Positions 37,629 to 46,487 of a stretch of DNA of 64,000 nt are shown here, piece by piece. A program made the translations under genes and the position numbers. Source of the stretch: an uncultured Dehalococcoidia bacterium (GTDB lineage Bacteria; Chloroflexota; Dehalococcoidia; UBA2247; RBG-13-53-26); NCBI GenBank assembly GCA_964617695.1, contig CAZTYW010000002.1, positions 598 through 64,597 on the forward strand. Direction: 5' to 3'. Within the stretch, counting starts at the first letter, position 1. Each line of letters begins with the position of its first letter. The notes beneath the pieces were generated by a model, which was given only the letters and a program-made list of their open reading frames with translations, was not told the origin of the DNA and did not search any database.

Positions 37629-40031
37629 GTGGACACTGCGATCAAAGACCTGAAGGATAACGTAATCATCAAGGCGGTCAAGGGCCTTTACAGGGGTCAA
37701 CAGAGGGTGGACGAGGATGCCGGCTACAGGGCAGAGGTGAAAGTCTGCCTGGAGCGGGCCCGGCTGATCACAGAGTCCTACAAGGAGACCGAAGGTGAGC
37801 CCATGATTACCAGGAGGGCCAAGGCCCTCAAGAAGATCCTGGAGAACATGACTATCTACATCCAGGACAAGGAGCGCCTGGTGGGCAACCTGGCCCGGGA
37901 CCAGTTCTCCCTGCCGCTTTATCCCGAGCTCTACTGGAGATGGCTGGAGAAGGCCCTGGACAATGAGTACCAGCACCTGCTGGACGATGAGGGGAAGAAG
38001 GAGCTCAAAGAGATTAACAAGTACTGGGTCAGGCTGTCTGTGCACGGCATGGAGCGGAACCTGGTGCCGCCCAGCCTCAAGCCGTTTACGCGCTACACGC
38101 CGGTGACCGTCTTCAGCTATACGTGGGACATGGTGTTGCCCAACTACGAGAAGATACTCAAGGTGGGCCTCAGGAGCATCGTAAAGGAGGCAGAGGACAG
38201 GCTGAGGGAGATCGAGTCAGACGTCACAATGCATGCCAGGGAGTACCTGGAGCAGAAGAGGTTTCTCCAGGCCGCCATAATGTGCCTGGAGGCGACTATC
38301 ACTTTCTCCAGGAGGTACGCTGCGCTGGCCAGGGATAAGGCAGCGAGTGCCACCGATCCGGAGGAGAAGGCCAGACTGGAACGGATTGCCGAGATATGCG
38401 ATTGGGTGCCGGAAAACCCGGCCAGGACGATGCACGAGGCTATGCAGTGCTTCTTCATAATCCATTTGATCGTCGGTTTTATCGAGCTGCCTTCGGTAGG
38501 CTGCGGCGTGAGACTGGATAAGGTCATGTACCCGTACTATAGGAAGGACATGGATGAGGGCAGGCTGACCAAGGAAGAGGCCCTGAACCTGATAGAGTCG
38601 CTGTGGATCAAGTTTGAGGAGATGGGATTCATCCATCCACCCAGGTTGTTCGGGTCGGCTGGTGGGGGGCTGGCCTGGCAGAACGTCACGCTCGGTGGAG
38701 TGGATGAGAAGGGCAACGATGCCAGCAACGAGTTGTCCTACATGATTCTGGATGCCACCAGGGAGTTGCATTCTGTTCAGCCTCCCCTGTGCTTCAGGTA
38801 CCACGACAAGATACCCAGGGACCTGGTGTTGAGGGCGGTAGATACCCAGAGGACGAGGGTAGCCCAGCCAGCCTTCTTCAATGACAAGATGATGATTCCC
38901 TACCTGACGGAGAAGGGTATACCTCTGGAGGACGCCCGGGACTACGCCTACAGCAACTGCATGTCCTGGACGATTCCGGGAAAGAGTATGGTCTACCGGC
39001 AGGGTATGGGTATGTTCTCGTTCACCAACTGCCTGCAGTTGGCGCTTAACCAGGGCAAGGACTGGCGCACCGGCCAGCAGTTTGGCTGCCCCACTCCCGA
39101 TCCGCTGACCTTCAAGTCGGTCGATGAGATCATAGATGCGACCATGGAGCAGTACCGCTTCTTCTTTGAGAAGCAGACCTACATCAACAATTTGGCGGAT
39201 GCCCTCTACGAGGAGTACCTGCCCCGGCCGCTCATTTCGGCGCTGGTGGACGACTGTATCCAGAAGGGCAAAGACTGCCGGAGGTGGTACTACCATCACC
39301 GCAACTACGTGATGCCTACCGGGGTGAACAACGCAGCCGACTCGCTGGCGGCCATAAAGAAGTTCGTGTTTGAGGAGAAGAAGGCCAGCATGGCTGAGCT
39401 CCTCGAAGCTTTGAAAGGCAACTTCGAAGGAAACGAGGAGCTGCGTCAGAAGCTACTCGGTGCCCCCAAATTTGGCAACGACCAGGACTATGTCGACAAC
39501 ATCGCCAGAACGCTTCACGTGCGGATAAAGGAGGAGACGCAGAAGTATAAGACGTATTACGGGTATCCTTTCGACGTTGACGGTACCAACGCGTCGGTGG
39601 GCTACTACCTCGGCATCGACGTTGGCGCTACGGCCGAGGGCCGCAAGGCCGGAGAGCCGCTGCACGACGGCAGTATCTCGCCGGTGCAGGGCCAGGACAA
39701 GAAGGGGCCTACCGCCGTGCTCAACTCTGTGGCCAAGGTCGATCCGCTGCGCTCTGCCAACCACCTGTTCAACCAGAGGTTTGCGCCTGAGTTCCTGGAG
39801 GGACCCAACCGGGACATCTTTGCCAGCTACCTCAAGACCTGGGCTGATCTGGGAATTCACCACATCCAGTTCAACGTCGTAGACCCGGAGATACTTCGGG
39901 ATGCTCAGGAACATCCCGAAAGGCATGCCGACCTGATAGTCAGGGTGGCGGGATACGCGGCCTACTTCGTGGACTTGACCAGGTCTCTTCAGGATGACAT
40001 TATCGCCAGGACTGAGCAGCGCTTCTCCTGA
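37629..40031 (+). CDS. glycyl radical enzyme (pyruvate formate-lyase superfamily; non-PFL clade), GTG start
   Basis: 800 aa. C-terminal glycyl-radical motif …IVRVAGYAAYFVDLTRSLQDDIIARTEQRF. The active-site Cys loop reads …DYAYSNCMSWTIPG… (single Cys, no CC, no C-x-E). AGGAGG lies 7 nt upstream of the GTG. Confidence 0.9.
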   Translation: MDTAIKDLKDNVIIKAVKGLYRGQQRVDEDAGYRAEVKVCLERARLITESYKETEGEPMITRRAKALKKILENMTIYIQDKERLVGNLARDQFSLPLYPELYWRWLEKALDNEYQHLLDDEGKKELKEINKYWVRLSVHGMERNLVPPSLKPFTRYTPVTVFSYTWDMVLPNYEKILKVGLRSIVKEAEDRLREIESDVTMHAREYLEQKRFLQAAIMCLEATITFSRRYAALARDKAASATDPEEKARLERIAEICDWVPENPARTMHEAMQCFFIIHLIVGFIELPSVGCGVRLDKVMYPYYRKDMDEGRLTKEEALNLIESLWIKFEEMGFIHPPRLFGSAGGGLAWQNVTLGGVDEKGNDASNELSYMILDATRELHSVQPPLCFRYHDKIPRDLVLRAVDTQRTRVAQPAFFNDKMMIPYLTEKGIPLEDARDYAYSNCMSWTIPGKSMVYRQGMGMFSFTNCLQLALNQGKDWRTGQQFGCPTPDPLTFKSVDEIIDATMEQYRFFFEKQTYINNLADALYEEYLPRPLISALVDDCIQKGKDCRRWYYHHRNYVMPTGVNNAADSLAAIKKFVFEEKKASMAELLEALKGNFEGNEELRQKLLGAPKFGNDQDYVDNIARTLHVRIKEETQKYKTYYGYPFDVDGTNASVGYYLGIDVGATAEGRKAGEPLHDGSISPVQGQDKKGPTAVLNSVAKVDPLRSANHLFNQRFAPEFLEGPNRDIFASYLKTWADLGIHHIQFNVVDPEILRDAQEHPERHADLIVRVAGYAAYFVDLTRSLQDDIIARTEQRFS

Positions 40032-40102
40032 GGTTTTGAGCCAAGCAGAGTAAATCCGGTCCAGGGTGGCATAGAACAAAACGACAGAAGGGGGTCAAAC
40101 GT

Positions 40103-41017
40103 ATGGAGCTAAAGGATGTTCGGGCTATCGACACCATGTGCCGGGCAGGATATGCCGGGATCGTGACCGAGGAGGAGTGGAAGGAGACCTGGAGCTTCTA
40201 CGAGTCTCAGGCCTGTGTCAAGGGCACCTTCGGCGGCGTGCTGAAAAAGCTGGGTGTGTCGGAGGAGGACGGCTGGAAGGTCGTCGCCTCTCAGTACAAG
40301 GCTTCGGTCGACGACATGATCAAGGAGATGGACGAGGTGGGGGTGGACAAGGCCTTCGTAGACCAGCAGTTGATATGGTCCAGGCACGAGAACAAGCTGG
40401 TGACTGGCTTCACCGTGGATCGAATTGCCGAGATAGTGGACAAGGGCAAAGGCAGGATCGTTGGTGGTGCCGGCTATAACCCCTTCCGGATAGAGGAAAG
40501 CCTTAAGGACCTGGAAAGGGCGGTCAAGGAGTGCGGCTTCAAGTACGTGTGGTTTCACCCCAATAGCTTTGGCGTCAAGGCCAGCGATGCCAGGTGCTAC
40601 CCGCTGTACGCCAAGTGCATAGAACTGGACATACCAGTCAGTTTCCAGACGGGGCACTCGGCGGAGCCCCTGCCCAGTGAAATAGGCCGTCCAATGTACG
40701 CCGACGAAGTAGCTATGGATTTCCCCAATCTGAAGATGGTCCTTACCCACACTGGTTGGCCGTGGATCGGTGAGTGGTGCTCCATGATCTGGCGCCACCC
40801 CAAAGTCTACGGGAACATCGGCGCCTACTATCCTGCCAGCCTCCATCAGGAGACGATTGACTTTCTCAGTGGGCCGATTGGCAGGAGCAAGGTGTTCTGG
40901 GCTACGAATGGCTTCGGGCTGACGCGCTGCAAGCAGGAGTTCGTCGACCTGCCTATGAAAGACGCCAACAAGCAGGCTATTCTCAGGGACAACGCCGTAG
41001 CCGTGTTCAAGCTATAG
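40103..41017 (+). CDS. amidohydrolase-2 (PF04909-like TIM-barrel metal-dependent hydrolase / reversible decarboxylase family) protein
   Basis: 304 aa. …WFHPNSFG…FQTGHSAEP…MVLTHTGWPW… is typical of the ACMSD / LigW / gamma-resorcylate-decarboxylase family. Sits 71 nt downstream of the GRE. Confidence 0.8.
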   Translation: MELKDVRAIDTMCRAGYAGIVTEEEWKETWSFYESQACVKGTFGGVLKKLGVSEEDGWKVVASQYKASVDDMIKEMDEVGVDKAFVDQQLIWSRHENKLVTGFTVDRIAEIVDKGKGRIVGGAGYNPFRIEESLKDLERAVKECGFKYVWFHPNSFGVKASDARCYPLYAKCIELDIPVSFQTGHSAEPLPSEIGRPMYADEVAMDFPNLKMVLTHTGWPWIGEWCSMIWRHPKVYGNIGAYYPASLHQETIDFLSGPIGRSKVFWATNGFGLTRCKQEFVDLPMKDANKQAILRDNAVAVFKL

Positions 41018-41084
41018 TGCGGCAGGCAGAGGGGGATTCGCTCAGCCGAACTCTCCCCGACCGAAGACATTGTACAACAGCATT

Positions 41085-41125
41085 GCCCCTTCCACTTCTG
41101 AAGTGGAAGGGGCAGATTTTATCTC
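41085..41125 (+). terminator. rho-independent terminator ending the GRE-amidohydrolase unit
   Basis: Perfect 11-bp stem GCCCCTTCCAC / GTGGAAGGGGC with loop TTCTGAA, then AGATTTTATCTC. Confidence 0.6.
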
Positions 41126-41179
41126 AGGGCGTGCTGCACTCGCCAGGGCGCAAACCCGGCCCGTGCTGGGCTCACGACG

Positions 41180-42268
41180 TCAGGACGACTTGTCGGATTC
41201 TGATCTACCCCCCCAGTAGGAATATGGCTGCAGCCTGTAGTAAGTCTTGAACTTCTCCCAGCGATAGTACAGTCCTCTCGGCTGGAACATCATGAACAGG
41301 ACGATTACCAGACCAAACACTATGAGCCCCATGGCCACGGGAAGCTGCCGGGCCCAGTCGGCAGGGAGATTGTCGACGAGGAATGGGTTTATGTAGTCAT
41401 TCAGCATAACCTCTAGAAGTCCGAGAAAGGTGGCACCCATGTAGACCCCGGCCGTGCTTCCCCAGCCGCCGATTATCAACATCCCTACGTACCACATGGA
41501 GTTCATAAGCTCGAACTGGTTTGGATTCACCCTGAGCTGAGAGTAGGCCCACAACCACCCTGCCAATCCGGCAAAGACGCAGCCGATAAAGAAGGCCAGC
41601 ATTTTGTAGCGAAATATGGCGATCCCGCTGACCTCAGCGGCCAATTCGTTGTCCCGAATGGCCACGAAGGCCCTCCCGGCGGCAGTCCTCTGGATATTCT
41701 TGGCGAAGAAGGTGGCCACGATCATGATCACCATGGTCAGGGCATAGAAGGCATTGCGATTGGCGAAGTCGATGGGACCCAGCCTGAGCGGCTCCAGACC
41801 CAGGCCGGAGTACCCGCCGGTGACCGAAGTGTAGTGTTCCACGAACCAAAGGATGATGAAGCTGGCGGCCAGTGTCGATATAGCCAGATAGAATCCTCTC
41901 AGCCTGAAACAGGGCAGTCCAAACAGCAGCCCCACGACGCCAGCAGACAACCCGGATATGGGCAGGCAAAGCCATCCGTTCCACCCGGACCTGACGGTAA
42001 GAATGGCAACCGCGTACGCTCCCACAGCCATGAACGCGGCGTGTCCGATGGAAAATTGCCCGCACAGCCCCGTCAACACGTGCAGGCCGAGGACTGCTAC
42101 TATGGTTATGCCCAGCATGCTCAGCCAACTGACCCAGTAGGAACTTGCAAACAAGGGGATGCTGAACAGGACTGCGGTTCCCAGGGCCAGCAGGACCCAT
42201 TGCGTCCGTGTACGCATGATGGCCATGTCTGACTCGTACCTGGTGTTGAAGAGCCCGCCGGGCAGCAC
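41180..42268 (-). CDS. branched-chain amino acid-type ABC transporter permease (LivM family)
   Basis: 362 aa, polytopic, LivM-like. Confidence 0.85.
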   Translation of the reverse strand: MLPGGLFNTRYESDMAIMRTRTQWVLLALGTAVLFSIPLFASSYWVSWLSMLGITIVAVLGLHVLTGLCGQFSIGHAAFMAVGAYAVAILTVRSGWNGWLCLPISGLSAGVVGLLFGLPCFRLRGFYLAISTLAASFIILWFVEHYTSVTGGYSGLGLEPLRLGPIDFANRNAFYALTMVIMIVATFFAKNIQRTAAGRAFVAIRDNELAAEVSGIAIFRYKMLAFFIGCVFAGLAGWLWAYSQLRVNPNQFELMNSMWYVGMLIIGGWGSTAGVYMGATFLGLLEVMLNDYINPFLVDNLPADWARQLPVAMGLIVFGLVIVLFMMFQPRGLYYRWEKFKTYYRLQPYSYWGGRSESDKSS

Positions 42269-42270
42269 TC

Positions 42271-43158
42271 TCAGATCCTCCGTATTCCTTTCAGACCGAA
42301 GAGACCGTGCGGTCTGATAATCAGAATAGCTACCATCAGAATGTATGGCAGTAGCTGCCTGAATCCGCTGACGTGCGGATCGATGTAGGTTCCGGCCAGG
42401 CTTTCTGTCAGGCCGATCACGATGGCGCCGATAAAGGCGCCGGGGATCGATTCAATCCCGCCTAGCAGCACCACAGGCAGAGCCCTCATGATGGCGAAGC
42501 CTCCTATGTTGCTGTTCACGACGAACATCGACCCCAGGAGCATGCCCCCAAGTGCGGCCGACAGGCTGCCGACCACCCAGGATAGGGCGAATATCCTCTT
42601 GACGTTTATGCCGAGGCTTTGACTGATGAGGTGGTCTTCGGATACGCATCTCATCGCCAGGCCGCTCTTGGTGGAGCGGAAGTACGACACGAATGCCAGG
42701 AACATGACCGTAGCCACGATGAAGGAAAACAGCCAGGTGTAGGGGAAGCTGACGTTTCCGATGCCAAAGCTGCCAGACGGAAAGATCTCGGGCATGACTC
42801 TGGGCGTGCCTCCCCAGATCAGCATGGCAGCCCCGTGAATAACCGAGAAGCCCAGTACCAGGGTCAGGATGAAGGTTGTCAGCCCGCTTTGCCCTATCAT
42901 GGGTCTCATTATCAAACGGTCTATGCCCAGGCCAATCAACACGCTGGCAAGCGCCAGTATTCCCAGGGCAGCCGCAAGATGCAACCCCAGTGTGGCCAGC
43001 AGCCACCAGAGGAGATAGGCCAGCAGCATCAAAATGCCGCCGTGGGCCAGGTTGAACACCTTGGTGGCCTTGAACACCACTACCACACCGAGTGCAATTA
43101 GAGCGTAGACTCCGCCGAGTAACACTCCTTCAATAGACGCCCGTAGAAAAGTGTCCAT
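42271..43158 (-). CDS. branched-chain amino acid-type ABC transporter permease (LivH family)
   Basis: 295 aa, LivH-like. Its stop abuts the livM start. Confidence 0.85.
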   Translation of the reverse strand: MDTFLRASIEGVLLGGVYALIALGVVVVFKATKVFNLAHGGILMLLAYLLWWLLATLGLHLAAALGILALASVLIGLGIDRLIMRPMIGQSGLTTFILTLVLGFSVIHGAAMLIWGGTPRVMPEIFPSGSFGIGNVSFPYTWLFSFIVATVMFLAFVSYFRSTKSGLAMRCVSEDHLISQSLGINVKRIFALSWVVGSLSAALGGMLLGSMFVVNSNIGGFAIMRALPVVLLGGIESIPGAFIGAIVIGLTESLAGTYIDPHVSGFRQLLPYILMVAILIIRPHGLFGLKGIRRI

Positions 43159-43175
43159 TCTCGCTTACTAGCTCG

Positions 43176-44366
43176 CTACTCCAGCATCAGCTTCTCTTCG
43201 GGTGCGACTGTGACCACACCCCCTTGCGTCGAACCAAAGACCTGCTGCAGGTCGATGCCGATGGCGCGGAAGAACCTGACGGTTTCTGGGGATGCTCTCT
43301 TGCCGGCGGCGTAGACCAGTCTTGCCCTGTTGAAGCCATGCTTGTCTCTCAGTGGCCGGAAGACCAGGGCTTCGGCGATGGCGTGGCGGAATCTCTTGGG
43401 CAGGCCAACGCGGTCATTGCCCATGGATTCCTCCGCTACCTCCTGGCCAATAGACAGACTCCAGTTGAACAACCTCCTTTTCAGCCGGGTGCCGTCTGCT
43501 ACATTGGTCTGAATTGCCGAGGCGATGTCCGCCCATACCCGGGGTGGATAGACCAGGACGTTTGGGGATATCTCTCTAGAGTCTTCAGGAGCGGTCTCCA
43601 CGCGCTCGGCAAAGTTGAGCTTCTGACCTTTGACCAGACAGGCGGTGAACCCCAGTGTCTGTTCGAACAGCCAGCCGGGAGTGATGACCGATACGTAGTC
43701 GTCGGTGTCGTACACCGGGTTCGACGCCAGGACGTTTTCCAACGAGGAGATCAGGAACCCGTGCGTGGCCGGCACCACCTTCAGCGAGTCGTTGGCTCCC
43801 AGGGCGAAGATTATCATCGCCAGGTCATCGCCCCTGCCATGAGCCATTTTTCGCTCGAATTCTCCCGGGTGGTTCCGCTCCCGTTCTTCTCCCAGCTTGA
43901 TAACTTCAGCCAGGCTGATCAGGATCGGGTTGTTGTAGTGCCGGAGTCCCTTCTCGTTCCAGTACACCACTCTCTGCAGCGAGGGGGCACCGTCCTTTAC
44001 CTCCAGCAGCTTGTCGACCTGCTCCTGGTCCTGGGCCAGTACGAACTTTGGCTGCGCAAGAAGCATGAGACCTTTAGTGTCCTCCGCAGACCCTGCGGGG
44101 TTGAGCCCGGTGACAATTCCCCTGGCTGCCAGTACAGCCAGCTCACACCAGAACCACTCGGGGTTGCTGTCGGCCAGTATGGATACACCGCTTCCGGCTT
44201 CGAGCCCCAAACTTGCCAGGCCTCCGAAGATGGCCTTCACCTTGTGGTAGCAGTCTTCCCAGGTATGCTCTCTCCAGACGCCGTACTCTTTCTTGCGCAG
44301 GGCCACGCGGCTACTGCCCCACTGCTGGCAGTTACGAAAGAGCAGCTTGGGGAACGTATCTTCCAC
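43176..44366 (-). CDS. AMP-binding (acyl-CoA synthetase-like) N-domain protein, apparently degenerate
   Basis: 396 aa resembling the large N-domain of ANL adenylating enzymes. The phosphate-binding loop position reads MIIFALGANDSLKV instead of (T/S)SGTTGxPKG. The ~110-aa C-terminal ANL domain is absent. Confidence 0.65.
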   Translation of the reverse strand: MEDTFPKLLFRNCQQWGSSRVALRKKEYGVWREHTWEDCYHKVKAIFGGLASLGLEAGSGVSILADSNPEWFWCELAVLAARGIVTGLNPAGSAEDTKGLMLLAQPKFVLAQDQEQVDKLLEVKDGAPSLQRVVYWNEKGLRHYNNPILISLAEVIKLGEERERNHPGEFERKMAHGRGDDLAMIIFALGANDSLKVVPATHGFLISSLENVLASNPVYDTDDYVSVITPGWLFEQTLGFTACLVKGQKLNFAERVETAPEDSREISPNVLVYPPRVWADIASAIQTNVADGTRLKRRLFNWSLSIGQEVAEESMGNDRVGLPKRFRHAIAEALVFRPLRDKHGFNRARLVYAAGKRASPETVRFFRAIGIDLQQVFGSTQGGVVTVAPEEKLMLE

Positions 44367-44503
44367 GTTCGGCAGCCTAGAATACCCTTTTCGCTATCAT
44401 TTGTGGCCTGTCGGCCCACTCGTGGGGGCGAGCCCGCGCCCCCACCGGCCCCTTCCTCCCCCGGCTAATTGCGGGGCATTGGCGCCATTCCAGTCATCAA
44501 CTT

Positions 44504-45556
44504 TCAGGATTTCAATTCCCCTGTCACCGACTGCAGCACGCTCCTGGCTTCGGCAACGATTCGCTCGATCAGCTCCTGCACGCTGGGCACGTCGTCTATC
44601 CTGCCACAGACCTGGCCGCTGGGCATCACTCCGAAATCTGTGTCACCTTCGATCATCGCTCTCACAATGCGCACGCCGCCCGCGGCCAGATGCCCCAGTT
44701 CCGAGATGGAAGCTTGGTACTCTTTCCTCATGCTCCAACCGGCGACTATGAACCGCCACCAGGAAACCCCCAGCATTCTTCGGACTTCAAGCGCGCCCGA
44801 TATCTTTTCTGTCCAGGATAGGCTCCTGCCTTCACCCAACGTGTCGGTGAACCTGTTGCTGATCACCCTCAATGGTGTGCCAGTGATGGCAGGCGTGACC
44901 ACGGTGTCGTTTTCGCTTGAGGCAAGGTATCGCTGCTTGACGCTGTCGGGGATAGGACTCTCCTTGGTCACTGCGAACCTGGTGCCCATGGCAATGGCTT
45001 CGGCCCCCAGAGCAAGGGCTGCCACAAGGCCCCTGCCATCGCAGAAGCCTCCTGCGGCCACCACCGGGATCTGGACCTTGCCTGTGATGAGCGGCAACAA
45101 CACCATAGTGGTGACTTGCCCGACGTGTCCCCCTGCCTCAGACCCCTGCACCATGACGGCATCAGCCCCGTCCTGCTCGGCCCGGACGCCGTGCCTTACA
45201 GACCCAATCATGGGCATTATCTTGATGCCGTGTCCCTTAGCTGCCCCAATCAGCCATTTGGGGTTGCCTCTGGAGTGGCAGATCAGAGGCACCTTCTCCT
45301 CGATGAAAACCTCGGCCAGCCTTTCATAACCCGGATTGCCCGCTATGAGGTTGACACCAAACGGCTTGTCAGTCAGGTCTCTAACAGCCCTGATGTCCTG
45401 TCTGATTACATCGGGTGCAAGCCGGCCTGAGGCCAGGATTCCGAGGCCGCCGGCATTGGAGACTGCTGCCACAAGCTGCGGGACTCCAACGAAATTGGCT
45501 GGTGCCTGAATGATAGGATACTTTATTTTCAGTAGATCAGTTATTCGAGTTCTCAT
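44504..45556 (-). CDS. nitronate monooxygenase / 2-nitropropane dioxygenase family (FMN-dependent) protein
   Basis: …KYPIIQAPANFVGVPQLVAAVSNAGGLGILA… NMO-family motif. Start taken at the internal ATG at 45554-45556. Confidence 0.8.
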   Translation of the reverse strand: MRTRITDLLKIKYPIIQAPANFVGVPQLVAAVSNAGGLGILASGRLAPDVIRQDIRAVRDLTDKPFGVNLIAGNPGYERLAEVFIEEKVPLICHSRGNPKWLIGAAKGHGIKIMPMIGSVRHGVRAEQDGADAVMVQGSEAGGHVGQVTTMVLLPLITGKVQIPVVAAGGFCDGRGLVAALALGAEAIAMGTRFAVTKESPIPDSVKQRYLASSENDTVVTPAITGTPLRVISNRFTDTLGEGRSLSWTEKISGALEVRRMLGVSWWRFIVAGWSMRKEYQASISELGHLAAGGVRIVRAMIEGDTDFGVMPSGQVCGRIDDVPSVQELIERIVAEARSVLQSVTGELKS

Positions 45557-45584
45557 CCAACGGACGATCTGCGGTACGCTGAAC

Positions 45585-46304
45585 CTATTCTTTTTCTCTC
45601 CAAACCCCGTCCACGAAGACCTTCTTCTCTTTCTCTTTAACGCGCACCCCACGAGAGGTGGTCAGGAATTCCTCGGGCATTGCGACCCCGGCCTCTGCTG
45701 CATATTTTGTCATTCTGGCAATCTCGACGACTTTCAAGGCCACGTTCCTCACACGCGCCATACCGAGCTTGTCATCCAGTACACCGTTCTTCAGATAGGC
45801 CGGCCTTCTGCCGAAGGCCGCTTCGCTGGCCACAGCCCAGCCCCTGGCTACCACAAAACCCGAGCCTCTGCCAACAACTTCCAGGTCTTCCAGCGCCCGC
45901 TCCATCCCCATGCCCAGGAAACCTACGGTGAGCAGGCCGGACACCTTGTTCCTGAAGTTGTAGGTGAAGAACTGGTGGTACCTCCATCTGGATATAAGTG
46001 TAGCCATGATCGGAGCGGCGCCAATATTCCATACGGGTGCTCCAAGGATCAAGCCATCACTTGCTATCATTCTATCGAATACCGCGTTGGCATCGTCCTC
46101 TATTCTGCACGGCGCCATGTTCTCTATGCACCACTGGCAATGACGGCAGAGTGCGATCTGCTTGTCGGCCAACGTGATGAACTCGGTTTCCACGCCTGGT
46201 ATCTGGGAGGCAACGTTCAGCGCCTCCTGCACCATTGTGTCACAGTTTCCGCCCTTGATGGGAGTCGCGGAGATCCCCAAAACTCTGACGTTGACAGGTA
46301 TCAT
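45585..46304 (-). CDS. NADPH-dependent FMN reductase / iron-sulfur flavoprotein-like protein
   Basis: Flavodoxin-like N-terminus (…VRVLGISATPIKGGN…) with a compact Cys cluster CRHCQWC…C. Start taken at the internal ATG at 46302-46304. Confidence 0.7.
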   Translation of the reverse strand: MIPVNVRVLGISATPIKGGNCDTMVQEALNVASQIPGVETEFITLADKQIALCRHCQWCIENMAPCRIEDDANAVFDRMIASDGLILGAPVWNIGAAPIMATLISRWRYHQFFTYNFRNKVSGLLTVGFLGMGMERALEDLEVVGRGSGFVVARGWAVASEAAFGRRPAYLKNGVLDDKLGMARVRNVALKVVEIARMTKYAAEAGVAMPEEFLTTSRGVRVKEKEKKVFVDGVWREKE

Positions 46305-46487
46305 AGATCGGGTTTCCCTCCGTTCCGAGCTTCTTCTGGTCAATTCACGCCTTCGTGGCGCCATCTGTTCCCAACTTGCGGCTGCACTCGGGTCGCCTGT
46401 TAAACCGACGCGGACTCCCATGTCCATAGCCCGCACCGGCCATCTCTGCTATTGCCGGCCCTCCGCCCACAGCCGCGGGCCCTCTAT

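Noticed and set aside
38217-39299. 360-aa minus-strand ORF inside the GRE gene
   Set aside because: Antisense to the glycyl radical enzyme, with no motifs. Artefact.
37437-40102. Benzylsuccinate-synthase-type small subunits or activase flanking the GRE
   Set aside because: The 190-nt upstream and 70-nt downstream gaps are too short and contain a terminator, a promoter and a Shine-Dalgarno. There is no room for BssB/BssC/BssD-like genes. The enzyme is therefore described only as a GRE of unknown specificity.
43224-44468. 414-aa plus-strand ORF
   Set aside because: Antisense to the AMP-binding-like gene, which has recognisable ANL-family similarity. The plus ORF is R/Q/V/P-rich filler.
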